The notes under the pieces were generated by a model. The model worked only from the letters and a program-made list of their open reading frames with translations. It searched no databases and had not been told where the DNA came from. 64,000 bases of DNA, taken from the NCBI RefSeq assembly GCF_044704955.1, contig NC_091983.1, positions 58,962,001 to 59,026,000 of the forward strand. The letters run 5' to 3'. Positions 1 through 12,812 of the stretch are shown here, piece by piece. The first letter of the stretch is position 1, and the number at the start of each line of letters is the position of its first letter. A program made the translations under genes and the position numbers. The DNA comes from Pristiophorus japonicus (taxonomy: Eukaryota).

Positions 1-1320
1 ACACCACATCCACTGGTTCTCCCTTGTCCACTCTACTAGTTACATTCTCAAAAAATTCTAGAAGATTAGTCAAGCATGATTTCCCTTTCATAAATCCATG
101 CTGACTTGGACCGATCCTGTCACTGCTTTCCAAATGCGCTGCTATTTAATCTTTAATAATTGATTCCAACATTTTCCCCACTACTGATCTCAGGCTAACC
201 GGTCTATAATGACCCGTTTTCTCTCTCCCTCCTTTTTTTTTAAAAAGTGGTGTTACATTAGCTACCCTCCAGTCCATAGGAACTGATCCAGAGTCGATAG
301 ACTGTTGGAAAATGATCACCAATGCATCCACTATTTCTAGGGCCACTTCCTTAAGTACTCTGGGATGCAGACTATCAGGCCCCTGCGATTTATCGGCCTT
401 CAATTCCATCAATTTCCCTAACACAATTTCCAGCCTAATAAGGATTTCCTTCAGTACCTCCTTCTCATTAGACCCTCGGTCCCCGAGTATTTCCGGACGG
501 TTATTTGTGTCTTCCTTCATGAAGACAGAACCAAAGTATTTGTTCAATTGGTCTGCCATTTCTTTGTTCCCCATTATAAATTTACCTGATTCTGACTGCA
601 AGGGACCTACATTTGTCTTCACTAATCTTTTTCTCTTCACATATCTATAGAAGCTTTTGCAGTCAGTTTTTATGTTCCCTGCAAGCTTACTCTCATACTC
701 TATTTTCCCCATCCTAATTAAACCCTTTGTCTTTGTCTGCTCAATTCTAAATTTCTCCCAGGTTAGCGAGCGAGATGCGCTCAGGGGAATCCTGCCCTAC
801 CTGCCTACTCCTCGTCTGTCTGGCGGTTACCCATTCCCTCTCTGCCTGCATACTCTAAAGCTGCAGGGTGACCACCTCTAGAAACGTGCTATGCATAAAG
901 TTCGCAGCCTCGCAGATGTTGTGCAGTGACTCCAGCCGCCGCTTATGCTCTGAAACCTGGAGCTCGAGCTACTGTAGCTGGCAACACTTCCTGTACATGT
1001 TATCGTCCAGGCCATGAGAAGCGTCCAGGACTTCCCACATGCCACAGGATGTACATTCCATGGGACTAAGCTGCCTTGCCATGCCTCTATTTATTAGATT
1101 ATTAACTAAAGTTTTTTGTATAGTTTCCCGATCCTAGTTCAAACCACTGACCGATAAAACCTTAATACTCACCATGTCCTGTGATGTCACCTTGAGTTTC
1201 TGCCTGTGTTTAACCGAACCCCAAACTCTTGGACTCGCTTTCTCGATCTCTCTCTCACTCTCTCCTGAACTCTCGGACTCACTCTCCCCCGAACTCTCTC
1301 TCTCCCCTCCCGAACTCACT
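1..1320 (-). mobile_element. CR1 LINE with internal deletion: ORF2 fragment (1-760) joined to ORF1 N-terminal zinc-finger/coiled-coil (761-1082) and 5' region
   Basis: ORF 146..712 (GPDSLHPRVLKE, DWRVANVTPLFKK, YRPVSL) is CR1 ORF2. 761-1082 reads MARQLSPMECTSCGMWEV... with stops, like CR1 ORF1. Confidence 0.85.
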
Positions 1321-2052
1321 CATTCTGAACATCTAAATGAAGATCGATGCTGCTTCTCAACTGACCCACCAGGAGGCCCTTTTGAAGCAACAGATTTTTA
1401 TTTCTTTAAAAGAAAACTATTTTGTACATAATACACTAACAGCTAAATCTCCTACTGAAATTGTCAAACAAGACCTGCTAAATCCCAGAAGTAAACACTT
1501 TAATAAATGCTGTAGTTCAGCACTTTCACTTATCACGATTTTTGGCTGAACCACATTAAAAGCCTCTGCACTCAACATTTGTCTAAAATGCATTATGCGT
1601 AGGCTTGCTAGAGAAGTCTGTCATAAAATGTTAGTCATAAAGAGCAGCTATAAATGCTTCCAGAAATTGGGTCCCTAGAGGAGTCAATGTCCTTTGTTAG
1701 TTTTGGTTTTAACAGAATGGATGCACAGGAAACACAAAAGGTTAGTCTGATTATTTCTTAGGGGAAGATGAGATTGGAGGCTCATGTGTGACAATGGCAA
1801 AAACCTAAGAGAAAGTTACATTCCGGCAACCACCGGTGAAAGCTATGTAGCACAGAGAGACGGGGAATTTTTTTAGGAGTGTGAGGGATGGAGACTTTTT
1901 AACATTAAAAGGGCTTTAAATATTATTCTCGGAGAATCTACTTAGTCTTCCTACTGTTCACCCATCTGTTGACACATTTTCATTTTGTCTTCCTTCTGTA
2001 GTCTCAACTCCTCGGTCTTCCTTATTCCTCATGGATCTGTTTACATTACTCT

Positions 2053-4080
2053 AATAATAATAATTTTTATTTATATAGCGCCTTTAACATAGTAAAATGT
2101 CCCAAGGTGTTTCGCAACAGTGCTACAGGAAAAAACAGATAAATTTGACAGCAAGCGACAAAAGAAATTAAGGCATATGACAAAAAGCTTGGTTAAAAAG
2201 GTAGGTTTTAAGGAGCATCTTAAAGGAGGGTAGAGAGGCAGAGAGGTTTGGGAGGAAGTTACAGAGCTTAGGACCCAAACAGCTGAAGGCACGGCCACCG
2301 ATAGTTGAGCAGTTATAATGAGGGATGTTCAAGAGGGCATAATTTGAGGAGCGCAGACATCTTGTAGGGTTGTGAGGCTGAAAATGATTACAGAGATAGG
2401 AAAGGGCAAGTCCATGGAGTGATTTGTAAACAATGATGAGAATTTTGAAATCGAGGCCAATATAGGTCAGAAAATACAGGGGTGATGGGTGATCGTGACT
2501 TGGTGCGCGTGATGACACGGGCTACTGAGTTTTGGATGACCTCAAGTTTACCTAGTGTAGAATGTGGGAGGCCAGCCAGAAGTGAGTTGAAGTAGTCAAG
2601 TCTAGAGGTAACAAAGGCAAGATTGAGCGTTTCAGCAGCAGAAGAGCTGAGGCAGGGCTGGAGGCAGGCAATGTTACAGAGGTGGAAAAAGGTGGTTTAG
2701 TTATGCCGCGGATATGTGGCTGGAAACTCATTTCAAGGTCAAATATGACACCTAGGCTGTGAGCAGTCTTGTTCACCCTCAGATTGATACTAGGGAGAGG
2801 GATGGAGTCAGTGGTTAGGTAATGCAGTTTGTGATGGGGACCAAAGATAATGGCTTCGGTCTTCCCAATGTTTAATTGGAGAAATTTCTGTTCATCCAGT
2901 ACTGGATATATGACAAGCAATCTGACAATTTAATTACCAAACAGGGGTCGAGAGAAGTGGAGGAGAGGTACATCTGGGTGTCGTCAGTGTACATGTGGAA
3001 ACTGACTCTGTGTTTTCGGATGATATCGCCAAGGGGCAGTATGTAGATAAGAAATGAGGGGGCCAAGGACAGATCCTTGGGGGGACAGCAGAGGTAACAA
3101 TGCGGGAGCGGGAAGAGAAGCCATTGCAGGAGATTTTCTGGCTACGATTAGATAGATAAGAATGGAACCAGGCGAGTGCAGTCCCACCTAGCTGGACATT
3201 GGTGGAGAGGTGTTGGAGGAGGATGGAGTGGTCAACTGTGTCAAAGGCTGCAGACAGGTCCAGGAGGACGAGGAGGGATAGTTTACCTTTGTCACACTCA
3301 CAAAGGATGTAATTTGTGACTTTGATGAGAGCCATTTCGGTACTGTGGTAGGGATGAGAACCAGATTGAAGGGATTTGGGAGGTGACAACACTTTGGACT
3401 GGAAAGGGAGGTTGGAGATGGGGCGACAGCGAGCAAGCAAAGTGGGGTCAAGGGTTGTTTTTTTGAGAGGGGTGATGACAGCAGATTTAAAGGAGAGGGG
3501 AACAGTACCCGAGGAGAGAGAACCGTTAACAATATCAGCTAACACGGGAGACAAAAAAGGAAATTAGGTGGTCAGCAGTTTATTGGGAAGTAGATCAAAG
3601 GAACAGGAAGTGGGTCTCATAGACAAGTTGAGTTTGGAGAGACCAAGAGGAGAGATCACAGAGAAACTAGAGAAAGATGTGAGTTTAGGGCTAGGGCAGG
3701 CGGGAGGCTCAGGTGAAGTTTGGCCCTAGGGGAAGAAAGAGAACTCGGAGGCAGCTGATCGGATGGTCTCAATGTTTGAGACTTTCACACTTGTTGTTGG
3801 AGGTGAGTGTGGTGGAGACAGGGGAGAGCGGTTTAAGGAGACCGTTAGAAATAGAGAATAGTACCCGGGGGTTATTTTTGCAATCCAGAATGATCCTGGA
3901 ATAGTGAACAGTTTTTGTAGACAATAGTAGTAACCGGTAATGTTTTATGTGTTCGAGCCAGATCTGGCAGTGAATGGTTAAACCAGTTGTCTGCCACACC
4001 TGTTCAAGTCTGTGCCCTTTTGACTTGAGGGAGCGAAGATGTGGGCTGTTCCAGGGGGACCGGCCAGCGTGGGAGAGAGT
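2053..4080 (-). mobile_element. Degenerate L2-clade LINE (RT and 3' end)
   Basis: [39 protein letters not shown] motifs across frameshifted ORFs. L2-type 3' tail (tttatatagcgccttt) near 2070. Confidence 0.85.
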
Positions 4081-4678
4081 AATCGTTTTAATAATTTTTT
4101 TAAATCTTTCTAATGGTGAAGTCAGCTAAAAAATTCTCCTGAATGAAACTTGTCCCAACTTTCTGTTTCCAGCAGGTTCACTAGCTATTTGGAATGGGTA
4201 CCCTGATCCATTTCCCCCTCAATAACCTGGATATGGAGGTCAATTGTAGCAGCAACAACCCGCCCCCGCAAAAATTGCCCAACTTAGCACAGAACTAGAA
4301 TAGGATGTGGGATCTTTCTATTCCACATGGCTTAGAGTCACATAACTTGGTGCATTTACCTGCTGATTAATCAGTGTGAGACTGTACCAGCAAATTATCT
4401 GCTTAAATTATGAGACATCAAGAGTTTTGCAACAATCTAAATGGTATCTTCGTAGCAACACGTTGCTATGGTGTTGACAATTTTTAAGTCACAAATAGAA
4501 CATTTGTAGCAAAATGATGGGAATCTTGATCTGTCACCTGCTATTTTGACTATTATTAAAAAAGCTAGCAGCCCGAGTCTGAGAACAGAAGGGGGTTTTC
4601 AATATTACACATATTACAGTATATCAGAACTGTCATTTACAGTATAATTAAAGATTGAAGAATTTTGCAGTACAATAC

Positions 4679-4757
4679 CTGAGCTCTTTGTGGAGTCTGT
4701 ATCAAGACTAGCCACTGTACTAGACCTAGAAAGACCACCCAAACTGGAATCTACTGA
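4679..4757 (-). CDS. ITGB1BP1: ITGB1BP1 (ICAP-1) second coding exon
   Basis: Translates [26 protein letters not shown](G), matching ICAP-1. cag acceptor, gt donor, 79 nt. Later exons presumably lie left of the window. Confidence 0.95.
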
Positions 4758-5389
4758 CTGGATAAAGAAAACACACAACAGACGTTAAGAGGTTTAAACT
4801 TATAAATCCACAAATGGTACATTTACTACCTGGGTAGTGTTTTGCACATCCACACAAGCATCTTAAGGGTTACCCTTTTTGTTCACAGCATTGTCTATAC
4901 ATGGTATTTAGGAAGACATGCGTGACAGGAGAATATGAAGATTGTACTGTGGAAACACTTTGTATCCCACTTTTAAATAATTCATCTGACACTTGCATTA
5001 GGGCTAGATTATAAAAAGAATCAAAATGGATATCTGATTGAACTGAATTACCAGGTTCAACAGCACAGGCAGAAAATGACAATTCTCAGTGTCTTAAAGA
5101 TCAAGTAGAAAAATGAGCAATGGCTATTAGCATACCCCTCAAAAACCCCTCTAGAAAAACAATGACCGAGAGTTGGAAATTGTTCAAGCAACTCCAGCTG
5201 TGGCACGATGATACTGCAACTTAAAAATGTAGGAGGTGCAAATTTTACTAAATTCTGTTAACTTAAATGAAAAGTTAATTTTTCAGTTATAATCTTTTAC
5301 TCCCTGTCTGAGCTACTGCGCTGCTTTTCTGAGATCTCCTGTTGCAGTTTCGATGGGTCACAAAAATTATTCCTAATTTGTAACACGTC

Positions 5390-6108
5390 GGGGCTAAAAT
5401 TCCGGCCTCGCTGGGTCCGTACGGAATACAGTGAGGCCCTGCAAAAGTCGTTTTTTATGCGCATGCGTCGAAAACCAGCTTTTCCGATCTGTCAAGTTTT
5501 GGCTTGACAGATCGAACGCACTCCCGCAGCCAGGACATTCGCGCGGGCGAAATTGGGCTATTGGCCTAACTCTTGCCCAGCGAATGTCCTTAAAACTCTT
5601 GCGCCTGGTAAAAGCAGGTGCAGCCTACTTTTACCAGCGTAAGAGTTTTAAAACATATAAAAATTACATTTAAATACACATTTTTATGTTTAAAAACCCT
5701 GTCCACTAAGGTAAGTTTATTTTAAACCCTATTAAAACACTTTAAAAAAAAATACCCAAAATATATATTTTTTTCTAAAACATTTAATTAGCTTTAATTT
5801 CAATTAATTTTAATTATGTGAGGTGTTCGTTTTATTTTATGTTGTGTTTAATGTGTTTTGTTTTTTTTCTCATTGATAGCAATAAGAACTCAGAGATACG
5901 GAGTTCCCAATGCTATCAGTGAGAATACTGTACCGTGAATGGTTGGCTAGTCACACTTGACTCCACCTTCTTCCTGCGAACCTCAAGGACAGGGACGCGC
6001 TCCGGAGTGCAGGAAGAATCGCCTCCGGCACCACCAGGTAATTTCGTAAAACATTCTCGGGTCAGAGGCGTTCGTCCGAAGGGAGCCTCCGACCCGAATT
6101 TCAGGCCC
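5390..6108. mobile_element. Non-autonomous PIF/Harbinger-like DNA transposon (MITE)
   Basis: 13-bp TIRs ggggctaaaattc / gaatttcaggccc (2 mismatches), flanked by 3-bp direct repeat GTC (5387-5389, 6109-6111). Confidence 0.75.
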
Positions 6109-6554
6109 GTCCTAACTGTCATTTCCTCCTCAGAACAACAGAAATCAAAACAAAGTTACAGGCTAATATTTGCCCAGAATATCTTATTTATTGTGGCTTC
6201 ATTTTCAATCAGGACTCAGCAACCTTCAGGTACCAACAGGTACAGTGTCCTTTTACCATGAGAGGGCCAATCCTCCACCCCTAAGACTGAAACTAATCAT
6301 CATCTGCACTCTCAGTATTCTCTTGCTGTATAACAGTTGATAATTGATCACAGAAATAAGACCAACCAGATTTGGCTTGTTTCTGCTTAAATTTCTTGTT
6401 AAGGACTGGCCTTCTCGTCCCCCTGCTACTGATAGGTAGAAAGCAATGGACCATTCCTGATTGCCACTAGCAACAACAACAACAATCTGTATTCATATAG
6501 AATAGAAACAGAAAATGCTGGAAATACTCAGCCGGTCTGTGGAAAGAGAAACTG

Positions 6555-6591
6555 AGTTAATGTTTCAGGTCGATGACCTTTCGTCAGAACT
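6555..6591 (-). ncRNA. Minimal type I hammerhead ribozyme motif in Penelope pseudo-LTR
   Basis: Reverse complement reads agtt CTGACGA a aggtc atc gacct GAAA catt aact: core, stem II and stem I are all present. Confidence 0.6.
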
Positions 6592-6644
6592 GGAAAATGT
6601 TAGAGAGGTAACAGATTTTAAGCAAGTAAAGAGGTGGGGAAGAA

Positions 6645-7790
6645 GAACATAAGAAATAGGAGCAGGAGTAGGCCATTTGGCCCTTCGAGCCTGCTCCGCC
6701 ATTTAATAAGACCATGGCTGATGTGATCCTGGCCTCAACTCCATGTCCCCACCCACTCCCCATAACTCTTGACTCCCTTATCATTCAAAAATCTGTCTAT
6801 CTCCACCTTAAATATATTCAAAACCCCAGCCTCCACAGCTCTCTGGGGTAGAGAATTCCAAAGATTCACAATCCTCAGAGAAAAAATTCCTCCTCATTTT
6901 TATTTTAAACTATGCCCCCTAGTACTAGATTTCCCCCATGAGGGGAAACATCCTCTCTGCATCTACCCTGTCGAGCCCCCTCAGAATCTTATACATTTCA
7001 ATAAGATCACCTCTCATTCTTCTAAACTCCAATGAGTATAGGCCCAACCTTTCTTCATATGACAACCCCTTCATCTCAGGAACCAACCTAGTGAACCTTC
7101 TCTGAACAGCCTCCAATGCAAGTATATCCTTCCTTAAATAAGGAGACCAAAACTACGCAGTACTCCAGGTGTGGTCTTACCAACGCCCTGTACAGTTGTA
7201 GCAGGACTTCCCTACTTTTATATTCCATCCTCTTTGCAATAAAAACCAGCATTCCATTTGCCTTCCTGATTACTTGATGTACCTGCATGCTAACCTTTTG
7301 CGTTTCATGCACAAGAACCCCCAGATCCCTCTGTACTACAACATTTTGTAATCGCTCCCCATTTAATAATTTGCTTTTTTATTTTTCCTACCAAAGTGGA
7401 TAACCTCACATTTTCCCACATTATAGTCCATCTGCAAAAGTTTTGCCCATTCACTGAGCCTATCTCTATCCCTTTGTAGATTGTTTGCGTTCTCCTCACA
7501 ACATGCTATCTTTGTATCATCAGCAAATTTGGCTACGTTACAATCGGTCCCTTCATCCAAGTCATTAATATAAATTGTAAATAGTTGAGGCCCCAGCTCT
7601 GATCCCTGTGGCACCCCACTAGTTACAGTTTGCCAACCTGAAAATTAACCATTTATCCCGACTCTCTGTTTTCTGTTAGTCAGCCCATCCTCTATCCATG
7701 CTAATATATTACCGCCAACCTCGTGAGCTCTTATCTTGTGCAGTAATCTTTTGTGTGGCACCTTATCGAATGCTTTCTGGAAATCCAAAT
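6645..7790 (-). mobile_element. 5'-truncated CR1 LINE nested in the Penelope element
   Basis: PQGSELGP, KFADDTK, LVRPHLEYC, RRMRGDLIE. CR1 3' end at ~6645. Confidence 0.9.
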
Positions 7791-8787
7791 TTTCCAGAAA
7801 AGGAAAGGTCTGTGCTAGGGTGCAAGGCCGGAGTGATTAAATGACAAAAGGGATGATTGTACAATGCAAAAGGAGATGGTAATGAGACAAGTAATGAAAC
7901 AAAAGATGAGACTAGAAGAGATGGAAATGAGAATAGCAGAATCATCAACACCTGGCGTATGAAAAAATAGGGGCAGAGGTTATGATCTGAAATTGTTGAA
8001 CTCGATGTTGAGTCCAGAAGGCTATAAAGTGCCTAATCGAAAGATGAGGTGCTGTTCCTCAAGCTTACGTTGAGCTTCGTTGGAACAGTGCAAGAAACCG
8101 AGGGCAGAAAGGTCAGAGTGGGAGTGTAGCGGAAAATTAAAGTGACAGGTGACGGAAGCTCGGGTTTACGCTTGCGAATTGAACAGAGGTGGTCCGCAAA
8201 GCGGTCACCAAATGTACATTTTGTCTCCCCAATGTAGAGGAGACTGCATCGTGAGCAGCGAATACAATATGCTAAATTGCAAGGAAGAGTGTTTGGGGCC
8301 CTGGACGGTGGGAAGGGAGCAGGTAAAAGGGCAGGTGTTGCATCTCCTACGCTTGCACGGGAAGGGGAGGGGGTGAATGAGCCGTGGACCAGGGTGTCAC
8401 GGATGTTGAGCGTGGATGTTGGTCGAAGCCTATCCCCAGAAAAGGAGACAGAGATGTCGAGGAAGGGAAGAGTTCAAGATGGACCATGTAAAGGTGAGGG
8501 AAGGGTGGAAATTGGAAGCAAAGTGAATGAAATTTTCCATTGCGAGGCAAGAGCAGGAAATGGCACCGATAGTTATCAATGTACCGGAGGAGATGACGGA
8601 GGGAACCTGAGCAGGACTGGAACAAAGAATGTTCTACATATCCCACAAAAAGGCAAACATAGCTAGGACCCATGCAGTTTCCCATAGCAACACCTTTTAT
8701 TTGGAGAAAGTGAGTGGAGTCAAAAGAGTTGTTGTTCAATGTCAGAACAAGTTCAGCCAGGCAGAGGAGGGTGATGGTGGATGAGGA

Positions 8788-9055
8788 CTGTATTTATATA
8801 GCGTCCTTAACGTAGTAAAATGTTCCAAGCCACTTCACAGGAGGGCTACCAAACAAAATTTGACACCAAGCCATGCAAGAAGATATTAGGACAGATGATC
8901 AAAAGCTTGGTCAAAGAGGTAGGTTTTAAGGACCATCTTAAAGGATGAAAAAGAAGTGGAGAGGCATAGGGAGGGAATCCAGAGCTTAGGGTCTTGGCAA
9001 CTGAATGGCGGAGCAATTAAAATCGGGGATGCTCAAGAGGCCAGAATTGGAGGTG
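8788..9055 (-). mobile_element. L2 3'-end fragment (host of the Penelope insertion; its tail continues at 6470-6500)
   Basis: Similar to 2070-2350. (caa)n tail at 6470-6485. Confidence 0.65.
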
Positions 9056-10023
9056 CCACGAAGGGCTGTGCTCATCTGGAACCCACACACATGCATTTTC
9101 CGCAAGGATCACTAGATGATGCACAGGAGTGGAATTCCAAGCTGACTTATCTCCCTTGTTCAGGAGTGCAGAGGTTAATTGTAGCACCCCAACTGATCTC
9201 AGCTAATTTAGTACAGACCCTTTCTGCATGAGTCAATGCCACATCGACCAGTGCATCTACCCACAAAGGCAGTGAGGTCACAATGCATATGGGACTTCCA
9301 GTAAACTCAATTTCGAAAATTGAGAAGAGATGGTCACTTAGCAAGTTTTGTGATAATTAGAGAATCCTTTTTGAATAAAACATTAGGGCTGATGAATATT
9401 ATGAGGGTGAAACAGGAATTGGAACTTCCTGTATAGTCAACAGGGGAACAAAACTGTATAGTCAACCGGTATTACAGAGGCCATGAAAAGATAAATTACA
9501 ATACAATTACAACGCATAATTTACATGTAAGCAAGGAACACCAACAAAGATTTGGTGTTAAACTACTGACTGGAGATCTTTGAAAAGGTTATAACAACAA
9601 CTACTTGTATTTATATAGCACCTTTAACATAGTGAAACGTCACAAGGTGCTTCACAGGAGTATTATGAGATAGAAAATTTGACATCGAGCTGCATAAGTA
9701 GAAATTATAGGTTATAGGTTAATTAATAAGTAATATTCTTGAACCACAGAAACACTGGGTAGAGGGCTGTGACTCAACGTTTTACCATGTTTTGAGCAAA
9801 TGGCCTTCACAGCATTTCTCCACGTGTGTATTGAACATTTATATAAAGCAGTCCGTTTTACTCACAGACATTATCAACAGATGAGAAACACATCTTTAAA
9901 GCCTATAATTTTGCACCTTTTTTAATTATGTAGTAACAACTTATAAACTAAAGCAAATGGTTTTGTATCTTTGGTAACATTAGTCAAAGCCTGATGGGGT
10001 ATACGTTGGCAATGAAAGCCTAC

Positions 10024-10095
10024 CTTGCTTTTAGTGCTGATTTCACTGCCTTGAGAACTGCTACTGCTGTGCCGTTTCTTTCCTTTCCGAAACAT
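10024..10095 (-). CDS. ITGB1BP1: ITGB1BP1 first coding exon (exon 10024-10127 including 5'UTR)
   Basis: Translates MFRKGKKRHSSSSSQGSEISTKSK, the ICAP-1 N-terminus. Acceptor tttcacag, donor aag|gta, phase 0 fits the next exon. Confidence 0.95.
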
Positions 10096-11974
10096 TTCTC
10101 ACCATTTTTTTTTTAAACCAGATAAACCTGTGAAACAGACAAAACATTCTTTATATATCATGAAAATCATTTGGACACTACTGATGATATCCAACTTATA
10201 CCAAGTTTTTATCAACATGTAGAAGGCGGACAACTCTGGCAGTGAGACCTCAATGAGGAGTGGGAGAAGGTGCAGGAAGACAGCCTACTCCGTCTCCATT
10301 TATACAAACAATATGCAAATACAAATCCTGCAGAAAATTGCATTGAATTCTCTCTATAATGTTCCCGTAAGTATTCACAAACTGCAGGAGAGAACATGGT
10401 GATATAGTATACATCTCATATTATTTTCAGGCTGTCCCAAACTATGAGCTCTCTGGGCACAGGTCCTATTGTGCATCAGGATGGAGATTCCCAAATACTT
10501 TATAGAGCATATGCTGGGATTTCTACATTAACCAAGCTTAATTAGGTACCAGCTCGCTGCCACAGTTGCATCACAAATGTGTGCTGGTTGGATGAAGGTT
10601 CAACATTTGCACTTGGGTCAGTCTATTACTGAACATTCTAATTTACTATATCTGTGGTATAACCTGTATCTGAATGTCTGCCTTTCTTAAAAATATCAGC
10701 CAAGTGCCCATTGCTCTCTGAACCACAGGGAAACTTCTCTCAGCGGCACAAAGCCGTTCCGTAACTGAGGACAGCTGTGGTGCCCCAAGCTAGTCACAAT
10801 ATTAAAGCAATCATGTACCACAGTATATACACAATATGCTGCAGATACATGTCCCCTCGAACATCTTGTGTTTCAGTTGTAACTTCCATTTTTATAAATC
10901 CTTTCTCAAACAAAGTTTTTTTTTTAAACTGCAATAAATGTTTGAAGTTTTCAATAAAAAAGATGCCTGGTTGCAACATTGAGAGTAAGTATGCGGGATA
11001 GATGATCGATGATAGATCACTGTGGGTCTAGCCCATTCAAAATGCCATCTGTGGAATGCAGACAGGTTCCATTAAATTATCTGGACTATTAGTTTATATT
11101 CCAGTAAACATCTATCATATTCTTAGTGTTGATTGATATCCTTTGCAGTCCTGAATGCCAGTGGTATGTATAGAAGTTAGTAATAGGCATTCGCACTTTT
11201 CCACTGCTGATGGGTGTCGGATTGGAAACCAGATGCAGCTTTTCTTTCTCTTCCCCCTCCCCCATATCCTGAAAATCCATCCAAATGTACAGTGACAAAA
11301 TAGTCACTTTTCTTTGGTTTTAATGACTGAAAAAGGGCCGGTTTTTCCATCACCATAACTCCTCTGGAGTGTGAGCAATCAGGGCATGAGGATCAGAAAC
11401 ATGGGTAGAGATCAGTTACAGTGGAAATATTAACAGTGCAGGAAGCTCCCACCAAAATGTTTTATTTTAACATAGTAATGCTGAATAAGTAGTATTATTG
11501 AAACACCAACACTATTTTCCAGGCTCTTTGTGTCAGGAATACACTGCTTTGCAACTGCCCTTATAAATTGGCCATTGAAAAAACAACTGTAAGTTACAGC
11601 CAAAGTGTCTTTTGGGAATTCCTCTTTACTTGTGGTATTTGCCAGGAGGAGGAGGAGTAACATAGGGATGTTAGGCAAGTCAGATTATGATAGGAATGCA
11701 CCTACCTGCCATTGCCCTCTCAAATATATAGGTATCAGAGTTAACCTGAATGTGTTGGAGAAACAATGTATGTGCAGGCTAAATTCCACCAGAGAGGCTG
11801 TGACAGCTGTTTTGCATGTTGCAAGCTGACCTGTAGCTACTCCAGGGCAGGCACTGCACAGCAGTTAGCAGCTGTCAAAGTCACTTTGATTCTGTGATAG
11901 TACGGACTGTAACATACAGTATAGTAGCATGGTGATTAAAGTTTGTTTCATTACACATATCCTGTGTGTGTCCA

Positions 11975-12812
11975 AACAGCTCTACCTCACCACCACCTCT
12001 ATTGACCCCGCCACTGTCTGATGTTTAACGCTGTATATCCAACATCCAGTATTGGATGAATAGAAATTTCCTCCAACTAATTACTGGGAAGACCGAAGCC
12101 ATTGTCTTTGGTCTGCGTCACAAACTCCATTCCTTAGCCACCGACTTCATCCCTCTTCCTGGTTACTGTCTGAGGCTGAACCAGACTATTCGCAATCTTG
12201 GTATCATATTTGACCCTGAGATGAACTTCCAACCACATATCCGCTCCATCACCAAGATCGTCTACTTCCACCTCCGTAACATCACGTGTCGTTGCCCCTG
12301 CCTCAGCTCTAGACTGGACTAGTCCAATGCTCCCATGGCTAGCCTCCCATCTTCCACCCTACTTAAACTCATCCGAAACGCTACTGTCCTAATTCGCAGC
12401 AAGTCCCATTCACCCATCACCCATGTGCTCGCTGACCTACATTGGATCCCAGTCCGGCAACAACTCGATTTTGAAATTCTCATCCTTGTTTTCAAATCCC
12501 TCTATGACCTCACCCCTCCCTATCTCTGTACCCCCTCCAGCCCTACAACCCTCCAAGATATCTGGCCTCTTCCACATCCCCGATATTTTAGTCGCTGTGC
12601 CTTCAGCTGCCTGAACCATAGGCTCTGGAATTCCCTGCCTAAGCCTCTCTCTCCTCCTTTAAGTCACTCCTTTAAAATCTACCTCTTTGATCAAGCTTTT
12701 AGCCTCATATCCCATGTGGCTCAGTGTCAAATTTTGTCCGATAACACTCCTGTGAAGAGCCTCAAGACATTTTGCTACGTTAAAGGTGTTATATAAATGC
12801 AAGTTGTTGTTG
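11975..12812 (+). mobile_element. L2 LINE 3' fragment
   Basis: NFLQL..GKTEAIVFG and ADLHWIPV motifs. Ends tatataaatgcaagttgttgttgt. Confidence 0.8.

Larger units (their letters stand above)
6501..8787 (-). mobile_element. Penelope-like retroelement (RT + GIY-YIG remnants, pseudo-LTR), interrupted by a CR1
   Basis: ORF 8347..8739 has QIKGVAMG...RYIDN (PLE RT). GIY-YIG-type tail at ~7990-8260. Flanking duplication ctgtattYatatag at 6487-6500 and 8788-8801. Confidence 0.8.
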
